Shown here: positions 1 through 13,590 of the stretch, in pieces
How positions within the stretch are numbered: position 1 is the stretch's first letter
Layout of the letters: each line of letters starts with the position of its first letter
From: the human T2T-CHM13v2.0 reference genome, Homo sapiens
Length of the DNA stretch: 64,000 nt
Direction: 5' to 3' (one strand)
Assembly (NCBI RefSeq): GCF_009914755.1
Contig: NC_060928.1
Translations under genes and position numbers: made by a program
The notes under the pieces: model-generated
Database searches by the model: none
What the model was told of the DNA's origin: nothing
What the model saw: the letters and a program-made list of their open reading frames with translations, nothing else

Positions 1-3000
1 TAAGACACCCACTGATGCAGTGAAAATGACTTTTAAAAAGTTATTTTTAAAAAGATGAATGAATATATTTTTCAAAATAGATAGTTCAAAAAATATTGTA
101 TTCTCACCCCAACATATATTTTTATATTTTACAACTACTTTAAATGTGTAAACCATATTTAATATCTGTTTTTATTTATGGCTGAGTTTGAAATATTCAA
201 CATTGTGGAAATTACATTGAACTAAAGCATTTCCTTGAGACCACAGTTTTAACAATATTAGACATGTAAATATGTAATATAAGGATATTATTTTATTTAT
301 ATTTTAAAGTCAGGACATTGATAGTAAGTAGGTACTGTTTCTTAAAATTAGCCCCAAAAGTATGTAATGTACAATGAATATAATAGTCACAAATACCTTT
401 AAAATCATACACCTAGACACGTTTAAACTTTATTCATAGTGTTACAATGATTTATCATTTTTTTCTATAAAATGTTATCTTCTATTTTGAAGATGTCTCT
501 GGAAAAGTATCACTCATATGTCCTGTAATGATTGAAGAGAATGTGTTCCAAGATATTAGTGATATTTAGTTAATTTAGTCATTAGAGAGATTCAATACAT
601 TTTCAAGAGGACCAGGCATGATCATTTATGTTTCTTTGTTAAACATTAAGATAATAACCACTAGTTCTTCCTTCTCTTAAAATGAATGCATCATCATTAT
701 GCAGCTTCTCTGTTGTCTCCTGATTATAACACTGGCCATGCACCAAAAGAGAACTCTGCACTGGAATCAACGATAAAGGCCAAGTGCACAGAGCAACATT
801 TCTGCTTATGAAACTATTGCTGCTCTGCCACCCAGCAAAAACTTCATGAAATTCTATGTTAGCTGCTTCACTTCTTTTTGATATCTGAGAAGCCATTATT
901 CCTTTAAGCCTATTATAAATAAGTGGGTTAAAGAAAAAAATATGAAACGTTAGTGGAGTGAAAGGAAAAGTTTATTCCCCACTGTGGCATATAATCACTG
1001 CACATGGCCTTCTGGATGTGGAAGGAATTGTTATTAAATGCAAGAAAATGTGGAAATGTTACAAGCTGGAATGTCTTCTTTTTAGCAAAGCTTAATATTT
1101 TCACTGTTAGTTTATTTTTCAGGAATAAGAAGTGTGTCCGATTTATTTCTTATTAGTATAAAAGATACACTAGGCAAGGTAGCAGAAAATGTGAAATGAA
1201 ATTTGGTTACATAGATTTTTAAATACATACATTTAAAATATCAGTTTGTTCTTATTATCTGCTTCAAGGACTGAACGTAACTCTTCACTTCTGGCAGCAT
1301 GAGAAATCATAGTTTTTGAAAACAGTAGGCAAAAATATTTTGACATTTTGGGATATGTTAAATATTTTATGAACCATGTGGGGCCAGTTAAATTTATTGC
1401 ATTAGCTAACTCTAAGCACATCAACTTTTTCAGTGGAAATAAACTAGTCTGAAAAGAAAACGAAAAGAATATTTAAAGACATAATAAAAGAATATATACA
1501 GTGACTGTGACATTTAGAGCATTTACTTACCCTCACAAGATTTAGTATTGGTAAGAATAGCCCAGAAATTCCTATTTTGGACTCAGCTGAATGTAACTGA
1601 TAGAAAAGGAAATGTTTTACTGCTCCCTGGTGAGGAAAACACTTGATGGTGGTAATAAATCAATAATGAACAGCATCATACTTTCTACACCCTACAAATG
1701 CCAGGCTTCATACTAACAGAGTCTAGATAAGACATATCTGCATTCCATGAAGAAGTCAAATTATAAAAACTGTAAATTAAAAATATCACTCTCTATTGCT
1801 CTTAAAAGACAATTTCTCAGCGAATCAGTGATAATAGTCAAGCCTGTATGAAAATTACCTAACAAAACCCATATTTATTGTAATATTGCCTCTGTACTTA
1901 TAAAATAATTCAATAAATTGTAATTACTTCATGCCCAAAGCTAACTAGTAATTTAAGTATATAAATAAAAGCAAGTATCCATAATATATTGACGTTTTTG
2001 CACAATCTTATCAGCTTTTGTTATTAAAAAGTATGTTACTATATAAATTGACAAAATGACAGGAAGTGAATTGAATTAAGATACTGCAAGTTTTGTGAAA
2101 ATAAGACCTTTGATGGGTACACACATCATGATTTGTACTTTAACCGAATCTTCACTCAGCTCAGATTTTAAACCCTACTAGTTAGAAAAGAAAAATGAAT
2201 TATCCCATATCAATTTATTTAATTTTTCTTTTCTAAAAGCATGTTTTAGACAATCAATGTCCTTACATAGATGTTTATTGAAAAATAAGAAATGCAAATG
2301 TAGGAATGGCCATATAGATGTCTCCGTCAAAACAGAGTTCAAAGAAAAAAATAACATGAGAAAGTTGGGCCATTTTCTCTACCTTTGTTTATTTTCTACA
2401 TGAAAGTGCTTGCATACTCAATCGCCACTATAAATTGATCTGAGTATGTTTTTATTGCTTCAACATTATCCTAAATTTAGGTAAAAAAAATTTAATGTGG
2501 CAAATTGGTAGACTATATTAAAAGAATTGATAAGTACTTTGGAATAAATAAGAGTAATGGCATGGAAATATGAACACATAATTAACTTAAGAATGTGTAC
2601 TAGTAGGTTAAAAAATCATTCCCTAAATGCCTGTGGGAAGGTTTGGTATTTAATGGTGCTGAAAGGAAGTAGCATGATATCTATAATTCTGCAAACTGCA
2701 GCTGTTCTACAAAAATAAGCATAAATTGCCTTCTCTATTGACATTGCAAGAGAGGAACTTGACAGAGAGCAGACGCAAAGATCTCACAGCAAAAAGACTA
2801 GACATGAGCAGTTGTACATTGTAAACAGGGAGAAAATATATTTATAAGTTAATAAATAAGCAAGAAGGCAGTGTTTTATAGTGCCCATTGGTAAGTAAAA
2901 CCTCTTTAGCAATATGAGTTAAAGAAGGCATTGAATTTAAAGAGAACTTTTAGCAAGCACATAAGCAAAATTGAGCTTTCCCTCAATACGTAATAAAAGT

Positions 3001-3893
3001 CCTAATTCAAATTGTTGACAGGGCCAGTTGCCATTGGTATAAAGTGAACACAGCTTTATTAACACAGAATACTGCAGATCTGGATGGTTTAAGTAAAACA
3101 TAGTTCCTTACTGAAGCAGACATAAATTTTTCTTGGGGACTGTATATTTAGTCATAGCTTGCAATGCATTTCTGCTTACTTTAAGGAAGAAGAATTGGAA
3201 GTTTATTTCACAATCTTAAAGGTTCTATCATCTGTTCATCTTTCTATTAATCTGTCAACATAATTACTACCTATCTACACATACATACATAATTTTGTCT
3301 TAATAATAGTTACTGTGGCATTCTCAATTCTTTTGTCGACTTCATATCTTTCTGAGTTGAAGAATTATTTTGGATATGTTTCCATATAAATCATTATTAC
3401 AGTTATGACTGATATATTAACAATAAACATGAATGTACTGAAATCTTTATTTCTGAAAAAAATGGGAATGTACACTATAGGTTTATTTTTATTGTATGTA
3501 TCACAATAAATATTTTAAAAAATACATTAAAACTTTACAAACAAAAACATTAATATTATATTGGTTGGTGGGAATCTGGACAATTTTAGTACAATAGTTT
3601 TCTATGGTGGTTTGTCCATATTTTTCAGGTTTTCTGCAATAAATATATTTTATTATTTTGTTAAATTAAAAAAATAAATATTGTGGTACTTAGAATAATA
3701 TTGGTAAAATCTATAAAAGCATGCTGCATAAGCAGGCTTTATTTGTTCTTTATTCCAGTTGAGATAACAGGGATAAGGTTTTTTAAATAATATGTGACTC
3801 AAATTATTTCAATTTTTAATTGTAACATTTTATATTATAATTGCATAACATACTTATTAGAATTTATCCATGTATTTAAGGACATGGCACAAC

Positions 3894-4173
3894 TTTTTTT
3901 TTTTTTTTTGAGAGCCCAGCCTGGAGTGTAGTGGCATGATCTCGGCTCCTTGCAAGCTCCACCTCCTGGGTTCATGCCATTCTCCTGCCTCAGCCTCCTG
4001 AGTAGCTGGGACTACAGGCGCCTGCCACAATGCCTGGCTAAACTTTTGTATTTTTAGTAGAGACGGGGTTTCACCGTGTTAGCCAACATGGTCTCGATCT
4101 CCTGACCTCGTGATCCGCCCGCCTTAGCCTCTGAAACTGCTGGGATTACAGCCGTGAGCCACTGCGCCAGGCC
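3894..4173 (-). mobile_element. Alu SINE, AluY-like, with a small (~17 bp) deletion near the 3' end of the right arm
   Basis: Poly-T at 3894-3909 followed by reverse Alu with AluY-type segments (gcaagctcc...ttcatgccattctc; ccgtgttagcca...gtctcgatctcctgacctcgtgatcc). Degenerate TSD gcacaactt / atacaactt. Confidence 0.95.
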
Positions 4174-4681
4174 GATACAACTTCTTTTTAAAATGTTTTG
4201 TTTATTGTGACTGGCATCTCTCTCTGTCTTTACATATATGTTTAATCTTTGGCAAGAGTATCTAAATCAATCACATCTGTATGGGTAACTACAGTGATCA
4301 GTTATTTTCTATTTAAAATAACTTTTTTTTATTTCAATATGTTTTTGGGGAACAGGTGGGGTTTGATCACATGAATAAGTTCTTTAGTGGTGATTTCTGA
4401 GATTTTGGTGCATTCATCACTCAAGAAGTGTAGGCTGTACCCAATGTGTAGGCTTTTATCTATCACCCATCTCCCACTCTTTCCCGAGTCCCCAAAATCC
4501 ATTGTATCATTCTTATGCCTTTCCTCCTTATAGCTTAGCTCCCACATATGAGTGAGAACATATGATGTTAGGTTTTCCATTCCTGAGTTACTACACTTAG
4601 AATAATAGTTCCCCATTCCACCCAAGTTGCCATGAATGCCAATTTTTTGTTTCTATTTATGGCTGAGTAGTAGTTTACAGC

Positions 4682-4821
4682 ATATATATATATATTATAC
4701 CAGATAAAGAAAATCTGGTATATATATATTATATATATATGTATATTATAGATATATGTATTTTATATATATCTATAATATACATATATATATAATATAT
4801 ATATACCAGATTTTCTTTATC
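4682..4821. repeat. (TA)n-rich microsatellite containing a 119-bp near-perfect inverted repeat (4703-4821)
   Basis: Checked base by base: 4703-4757 is the exact reverse complement of 4767-4821. Confidence 0.95.
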
Positions 4822-5643
4822 CATTCATTTGTTAATGGGCATTTGGGCTGGTTCCATATTTTTGCAATTGCAAATTGTGCTGCTATAAACATATGTGTGC
4901 AAGTGTCTTTATCATATAATGATTTCTTTTCCCCTGGGCAGATATCTAGTAGTAGGATTGCTGATCAAATGGTAGACCTACTTTTAGTTCTTTAAGGAAT
5001 CTTCACACTGTTTTCCACAGGGGTTGTACCAGTTTACATTCCCACCAGCAGTGTAAAAGTGTTCCTTTTTCACCACATCCATGTCAATGTCTATTATTTT
5101 TGATTTTTTTTATTATGGCCATTCTTGCAGGCATGAGGTGGTATCGCATTATGATTCGGATTTGCATTTCCCTGATAAATAGTGATGTTGAGCATTTTTC
5201 ACATGCATATTGGCCATTTGTATATCTTCTTTTGAAAATTGTCTGTTCATGTCCTTAGACCACTTTTCGATGGGATTTTTTTTTCCTGCTGATTTGTCTG
5301 AGCTCTTTGTAGATTTTGCATATTAGTCCTTTGTCAGATATATACATTGTGAAAATTTTCTCTCACTCTGTGGGTTGTCTGTTAACTCTGCTGAATATTT
5401 CTTTTGTTGTGCAGAGCGTTTTTAGTTTAATTAAGCCCCATCTTTCTATCTTTGTTTTTCTTGCATTTGCTTTTGGGTTCTTTGCTATGAAATCGTTGCC
5501 TCAGCCAATGTCTAGAAGGCTTTTTTTCAATGTTATCTTCTAGAATTGTTATTGTTTCAGGTCTTAGGTTTAAGTCTTTGGTCTATTCGAGTTGATTTTC
5601 TTATAACGTGAGAAAGGATGATCCAGTTTCTTCTTCTACATGT

Positions 5644-5990
5644 GCCTTGCCAATTATCCAATCACCATTTGTTGAATAGGGTGTCCTTTCCCACTTAATA
5701 TTTTTGTTTGCTTTGTCAAATATCAGTTGGCTGTAAGTATTTGGTTTTATTTCTGGGTTCTCTATTCTCTTCCATTGGTCAATGTGACTATTTTTATACC
5801 AGTACCACACTGTTTTGGTGACCATGGCCTTGCCAATTATCCCATCACGATTTATTGAATAGAGTGCCCTTTCCCACTTAATGTTTTTGTTTGCTTTGTC
5901 AAAAATCAGTTGGCTGTAAGTATTTGGCTTTATTTCTGGGTTCTCTGTTCTTTTCCATTGGTCTGTGTGCCTATTTTTATACCAGTACCA
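5644..5990. repeat. Tandem duplication with a 183-bp period inside L1 ORF2
   Basis: gccttgccaattatcc... starts at 5644 and again at 5827. The copies are about 90% identical by eye. Confidence 0.93.
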
Positions 5991-6498
5991 GTTCTAGGAG
6001 CTTTTTGGATGAGTTTTTAGGGTTTCCTAGGTATATCATTTTATTATCAGGAAACAGAGAGTTTTACTTCCTCTTTACCAATTTGGATGCCCTTGATTCT
6101 TTCTCTTGTCTGATTGCTCTGGCTAGGACTTCCAGTAATATGTTAAATAGAAGTGGTAAAATTGAACATCCTTGTCTTCTTCCAGTTCTCAGGCGGGAAT
6201 GCTTTCAGCTTTTCACTGTTCAGTATAATGTTGGCTGTGGGTCTGTCATAGATGGCTTTTGTTACCTTAAGGTATGTTTCTTCTGTGCCAATTTTGCTGA
6301 GGGTTTTAATTATAAAGCGATGCTGGATTTTGTCAAATGCTTTTTCTGCATCTATTGAGATGACCATGTGATTTTTGTTTTTAATTCTGTTTATGGGGTG
6401 TATCACATTTATTGACTTACAAAAAACTATCCCTGCATCCCTGGTATGAAACCAACTTGATCATGGTGGATTATCTTTTTGATATGCTGTAGGATTCA

Positions 6499-6600
<102 letters not shown>

Positions 6601-8229
6601 TCATATAATGATTTAGGGAGGATTCCCTTTTTCTCTATCCTGTGAAATAGGGTGAATAGGCATGGTACCAATTCTCCTTTCGATGTCTGAAAGAATCCAG
6701 CTGTGAATCTGTCTGGTCTTGGAATTTTTTTTGTTGTTGATAATTTCTAAATTATCATTTCAATCTCACTGCTTGTTATTGGTCTGTTCAGAGAATCTAT
6801 ATCTTTCTGGTTTAATCTAAGTAAGTTGTATATTTCCAGGAATTTATTCACCTTCTCTAGGTTTTCTAGTTTATTCATGTAAAAGTGTTCATAGTAGCCT
6901 TGAATAATCTTTTGTATTTCTGAGGTATCAGTAGTAATATCTCCTGTTTCATTTTTAATGGAGCTTATTTGGATCATCTCTCTTCTTGGTTAATCTCACT
7001 AATAGTCTATCAGTTTTATTTATCTTTTCAAGACACCAGCTTTTTGTTTTATTTTTGTATTTTTCTTTATTTGTCTGTCTCAATTTTATTTAGTTCTGCT
7101 CTGATATTTGTTATTTATTTTCTTCTGCTGGGTTTGAGTTTGGATTGTTCTTATTTCTCCAGTTCCATGAGGTGTGACCTTAGATTGTCTCTTTGTGCTC
7201 TTTTAGACTTTGTGATGTAGGCATTTAATGGTATGAACTTTCCTCTTAGCCTCATTTTTGCTGTATCCCAGAGGTTTGGATAGGTTGTGTCACTACTATC
7301 ATTCAATTCAAAGAATGTTTTCATCTCCATCTTGATTTCATTGTTGATCCAATGATCATTCAGGAGCAGATTAATTTACATGCATTTGCATGGTTCTGAG
7401 AGTTCCTTTTGGAGTTGACTTCCAATATAATTTCACTGTGGTCTGAGAGAGTACTTGATACATTTTAAATTTTCTTAAATTTACTGAGGCTTCTTTTGTG
7501 CTCTACCATGTGGTATATCTTGGAGAATATTCCATGTGCTAATGAATACTTTATTCTGCAGTTGTTGAGTAGAATGTTCTGTAAATATCTGTCAAGTCCA
7601 TTTGCTCTAGGGTATAGTTTCAGTCCATTGCTTCTTTGTTGACTTTCTGTCTTGATGATTTGTCTAGTGCTGTCAGTGAAGTACTAAAGTGCCTCACTAT
7701 TATTGTGTTGTTCTCTGCCTCATTTCTTAGGTCTAGCATTAATTATTTTATAAATTTGGGAGCTCCAGTGTTAGGTGCGTATATATTTAGGATTGTGATA
7801 TTTTCCTGTTGAACTAGTCATTTTATCATTATATAATGTCCCTCTTCATCTTTTTTAACTGCTGTTGCTTTAAAGTTTGTTCTGTCTGGTATAAAAATAG
7901 CTATTCCTGCTTGCTTTTGGTGTCCATTTATATGGAACATCTGTTTCCACACCTTTACTTGAAGTTTATGTGAGTCTTTACATGCTATGTGAGTCTCCTG
8001 AAGACAGCAAATCCTTGGCTGGCGAATTATCATCCATTGTGCCATTCTGTATCTTTTAAGTGGAGCATTTAGGCCATTTACATTCAATATTAGTATCGAG
8101 ATGTGAGATACTAATGTATTCATCTTGCTATTTGCTGCCTGAATACCTTTTTTTTAAATCATTGTGTTATTGTTATGTAGGTCCTGTGAGATTTATGCTT
8201 TAAGGAGGTTCTATTTTGGTGTACTTTGT

Positions 8230-9190
8230 GGATTTATTTCAAGATTTAGAGCCTTTTTAGCCGTTCTTGTGGTGGCAAATTCTCTCAGGATTTGTTTGTC
8301 TGGAAAATACTGTATCTTTTCTTCATTTATAAAGCTTATTTTTGCTGAATTCAAAATTCTTGACTGATAATTGTTTAGTTTAAGGAGGCTAAAAATAGGA
8401 CCTTAATCACTTCTGGCTTGTAGGATTTCTGCTTAGAAATCTGCTGTTACTCTGATAGATTTCCCTTTGTAGTTTACCTGACGATTTTGCCTCACAGCTC
8501 TTAAGATTCTTTCCTTCATCTTGACTTTAGATAACCTGATGACTATGTGCCTAGGCAATGCTCTTTTTGCAATGAATTTCCCAGATGTGTTTTGGCATCT
8601 TGTGTTTGGAGGTCTAGATCTCTAGCAAAGCAGGGAGAGTTTTCCTCAATTATTCCCTTAAATATGTTTCCCAGACTTTTAGATTTCTCTCCTTCCTCAG
8701 GAACACCAATTATCCTTAAATTTGGATGTTAATACAGTCCCAAACTTATTGGATGGTTTGTTCATTTTTTGTTTAATTCTTTTTTCTCTGTCTTTGACAG
8801 ATTGGGTTAATTCAAAAGCCCTGTCTTCAAGCTCTAAAGTTTTTCCTTTTGCTTGTTCAATTCTATTGCTAATACTTCTCAGTGCATTTTGCATCTCTCT
8901 CAGTGTGTCCTTGACTTCCAGAAGTTTTTTTTTTATTTATGCTATTTCACTGAAGATTTTTCCAAAACGAATATTTACAGAATATTCTACCCAACAACTG
9001 CAGAATAACTTCATATCCTGAAGATACAAGATATTTCATATCCTGTTTTTTATTTCTTTAAGTTGGAGTTCACCTTTCTGTGGTGCTGTCTTCATTAGCT
9101 TAATAATCAACCTTCTGAATTCTTTCCTGGGAATTCAGAGATTTTGTCTTGGATTGGATTTTTTGCTGGTGAGCTGGTATGATTTTTTGG
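8230..9190 (-). pseudogene. Decayed L1 ORF1
   Basis: Coiled-coil fragment MQNALRSISNRIEQAKGKTLELEDRAFELTQS (8697-8894). Boundaries are approximate. Confidence 0.75.
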
Positions 9191-11401
9191 GGGTGTTAAT
9201 CAATCTTGTTTTTTCATATTACCAGAATTGTTTTTTCTGGTTCCTTCTCATTTGGATAGACAATGTCAGAGGGAAGATCTGGGACTCAAGAGTTGCTGTT
9301 CAGATTCTTTTGCCCCATGGGTGCTTCCTTGATGTGCTGTTCTCTCCATTTCCCTAGATATGAGGCTTCCTGAGAGCTGAACTACAGTCATTGTTTTTGC
9401 TCATCTGGGACTAGCCACCCAGTGGAGCTAACAGGCTCTGGGCTGGTACTGGGAAGCATCTGCAAAGAGTCCTGTGATGTGATCCATCTTTAGGTCTCTC
9501 AGCTGTGGATATCAGTACCTGCTCTGGTGGAGGTAGCAGGGGAGTGAACTCTGTGAGGGTCCTTCATTGTATTTTTGTTTAGTGGGCTGGTTTTGTGTTG
9601 GTTGTCCTCCACCCAGGAGGCGGCATTTTCAAGAGCACATCAGCTGTGGTACTATAGAGAGGAAGCAAACTTGCCCTAGGGTCACCTGGTTAAGTATTCG
9701 GGTTTCTCAGGCAGTGGGCAGGGCCATAGAGCACCCAAGAGATTATGACCTTTGTCTTCAGCTACCAGGGTGAGTAGAGAAGACCACCAGGTGGGGACAG
9801 GGATTGGTGTGTTTGAGCTCAGACTCTCTTTGGGTGGGACTTGCTGTGGCTTCTGAGGGAAATGGTGGTGTGGTTCCCAGGCCAATGGAGTTATGTTCCC
9901 AGGGGGATTATGGCTGCCTTTGCTGAGTCACACGTCACCAGGGAAGTGTGGAAAACCAACAGTCACAGGCTTCACCCCATTCCCAAGCAGTCTGCAGTCC
10001 TAAAGCCCAGTATCATTCCCATTGCATGCCCCCAACAGCACTGAGTCTATTTCCAGGCAGCTGCTGACCAAGGCTAAGAACTTGCCCCAGACCACCAGCC
10101 TCCCTGCTGAAAAAGCAAGCATATTCATAGTTTCATGGCATCTCAGGGAGCCTGCAGCCGTGATCCAGTTCCTTCAAAGGGTCTGTTGATTATCTCAGCT
10201 TTCCTGGCATGTTGTTGTAGTAGTTCTTGGAGCAAAAGTTCATGATGTGAGTCTCCACATGCTGGTCTGTCTGCCCAAGTGGGGGCTGCAAGCTAGTCCT
10301 GCCTACTATCTGCCATCTTGATCCTTGGTGAATTATTTTCAAATTACTTCATGTCTTTTAACAGATTAAAATCTCATAAATTAAATGAGATACATTTAGA
10401 CATTCATAGTTATATTTACAATTAAAATATCAAAATATTCTGTCATAAAGAGTCATGTTTTACAAAATTACCATAATTTTTTTTGTTAATATAACATATA
10501 TATCCTTATTGAGCAGGGTTAACTGAATACTTAATATAACAATGAATGACTATAAAGGAAAGTAGGTAATCCATAGGATGACTGCCTGTTTATTTTTACA
10601 ATGAAATATGGATCAAAAACGGACAATGGATTCGATTTTAAATTTGGGGTGTTAAATGGGGGAAACAACAGCATATTCTATATTTACTCTAGTTGTTAGA
10701 AAATATTGGATCTGTTTCCAGAAGTAATACATATAAAAATTTAGCAAGTAAATATTACTGTTGGCACCTGCATTTATTCTCAAGCATCAGAGTATCATAA
10801 CACATGCAGATATTTGCCACCTCTTATAATTATTCATATACAATTTAATTTCTATTTTAAGCAAATAATTTGTTTTCTTTAGTAAAATTAATCTTAAAAC
10901 ATACTTAAGATTAATTATAATTATAATATGCTTTAGAAACTTTACTTTTTATATTAATTTGTTTCAGAGGAAAATAAGAGCTGATAATTTCCTATCTGTT
11001 AAGTGACTATGTTTAGTATTAATTTATTACAGAGAAGACAACCAAATCTAATGTAATAGTATATGCTTATGCTACACTTCCAGTTCCAAATATCATAAGA
11101 CATTCTGAAAATGGATAAATGAAGGTTATGCTTATGAGCAACAATTACCTATCTTCACTATTCACCACTGAGAACTGACACATGGAAAATACAACCTACT
11201 TTCATTTATTTTTTGTATGTATCACATGAAACACATACAGATTTCCTACATGCAGCATTAAAAATAACTTATTAAAGTTCTTCAAACTAAATAACACATC
11301 AACTAAATAACACATCTGGATAATTCCTCAAACATCTCATATTCTAATAAAGGGAAGTAGCAAGAAAATAATTAAATTACAAACAAGTCTTCAGTGCATT
11401 A

Positions 11402-13590
11402 ATGATGTTAGGCTTTTGAAAATAATTGGAGTCCTATCCTCCCACAAAAACTGGGAGATATTAGAAGTGCTATCACCCTTGACGATTACACTTCAAAGGG
11501 CTAGCTCTCAGGTTCTTGAGAAAGGTATTCCTGAGTTGTAAACTGTAAAGAAGCTGTTAAAAATATTTGCAGATAAGGGAATTATAATAAATTTTCTAAA
11601 GTAAATGCTTTAAGAAAAGGAATGTCATAGGCCTAGAGTCACAAAGAAGACTGTTCAAAGTTTAGTGAAGGTGGGAAAAACATTAGACAACCTTGGCTGA
11701 TCTTTCCATTTTCTTCAAAGAGAAACCTGGTTTTTCCAACACCAACATAAGGAGTTGCTTATGTGGTTTATTTCATTAGATTTTAAGCAGATTTGAAGAA
11801 TAAATTGAATCATCTGCTAAGACATGGCAGTAGAGAATATTTGCTGCATGGTGTGAGCAATCAGGTATATAATGCAAAGAATTCCTGTGAAAATAAAAGA
11901 AAAACAAAGATTAATATTTAGGGCAGACTATAAACCCAGTTTCTGAGTCTAGAGGGCACCTATTTAGGAAGATTCTTTAACACTGCGATTAAATTATCTT
12001 TAGAAGGCAGACTGAGAACAGCAGTGGCAACAACAGATTTCCCACTATGTAATCTCAATGTTTTTGATGATGACATAGACATCAGTGAGGTTTTGATAAG
12101 ATTATTCAGATTCACAGTTACTTTCTCTGGAGCAGAGAGCATGCAGGATGCAAGAGTTCTGGTAACCTCCGAAGTGTCTTACACAGCAGCATTTCCAGGC
12201 ATGAAGGTTACCCATACATGATATGCTGTAGTGATGAGTCCCTCGAAGTTTATTTGAAGTCTTCCAGCTTCAGCTCACAGGACTTTTTCATCTCCTGGGA
12301 GGAAAGGCCAGCTATGAGACAACTTTGAGTCCCAATAAGGATGTGGGCAGTCAAGTATTAGTTTTCAGTGATGTCATGTCAAGAGGTAAGGAGAAAAATT
12401 GAAAATGTTAATTTGGAGAGTTGTAAATAGATAACGAAATAAACTATAACAATTAAAAATGTGGCAAACACTGACAAAGTGTGTTTTAAAGACAATGAAC
12501 AGGACCAGAATCTGATAGCCCACAAGGCTGTGATAAGTTTTCTATTAGATAATAAAATTTCTATTTACATTCACTCCTTCTTTTGATCAAATATGACTAA
12601 GATTATTCTTGATTGCAAAGGTTGACCGCTTTATTAGATAGGTATATCAAAAGGCATAACTGAACACATATCCTTTGTTATGTTTGATTTGTCATTTTTT
12701 TAAAAGAATCTCAAATGACCTTTTCAATATCTTTCAAGGCTAAAAACACAAGTTGAGAACTTGTCAGATTTCACCTTTGGTACCTATATAGGTTTGGGTG
12801 AATATCTTTTCTCTTGTTATCCCTCAAATATGCTATGGTTCCTGGGCCTGCTAGTAAGTGACCTTCCTTTCTCACCTGTAAGACTGGAAACTTGGTTATA
12901 TTTAAGCATGAATCCAGTTTCACATGAGGACTTTATAAATGTTGGCTCCATAAAGTCAACTTTAGTTTCTTAAAATTGTCTGGTCATATCCAGTTCTATG
13001 CACATCATTCTCAAATATGATATTCCAGTGAAAGCCTCGGTTAGGAAACCAATATTTCCAATTATATCCTGTTACATGGAGGGAAAGTTGTAACTGAAAC
13101 TATGCAAACAATCATACTATCACGAAAATATGAATAATCAGAGTTTCCAAATTCTGAAGAGATTAGGCACAAAGAAAAAAATATTCGATTTCTGTTTAGA
13201 AAAGCATATTCTATTAAATCATTATGAGTTACGAACTTAAGAGAAAATAAAAATGAGCTCTTTATAATTAGAGTATAGAACATGAAGCATCAACAATATT
13301 CTAAACAAAACTCATACTCATCTCTCATCAGTTCATTCAGTTCTACCTAATTTTGTTTTGCTTGATGTTGGGTTAGTAGTCGCATGAACCCATTGGCTTA
13401 ATTAGAGTACTATAAATTCTGACTTAGTCCAGTGATAGGGCCTTAGAGTTTTCTAAGCAATGAGATCAGAAGCTTGTGTCCCACAGTACCTGATATAGCA
13501 CTTCCATGGATCTTCAAGAGAGCCTTCTTTTATTCAAGATGAAAGCAGTCTAGCATGTAGCTGATTGCAAAGCCTTTCAGAGAAGGCTTA
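11402..13590 (-). mobile_element. ERV1 (MER4-group) partial LTR (~11402-11700) plus truncated internal sequence
   Basis: Motifs resembling MER4-group LTR and internal consensus (cttcaaagggctagctctcaggttcttgagaaaggtattcctgagttgtaaactg; ccataaagtcaactttagtttcttaaaattgtctggtcatatc). Subfamily not determined and boundaries approximate. Confidence 0.6.

Noticed and set aside
639-896. 85-aa ATG-initiated minus-strand ORF in unique DNA
   Set aside because: No recognisable domain or clear splice structure, and the length is within chance expectation.
5891-6358. Longest ORF (155 aa, plus strand)
   Set aside because: It is the antisense frame of L1 ORF2; the F/L/C-rich composition reflects the T-rich strand.
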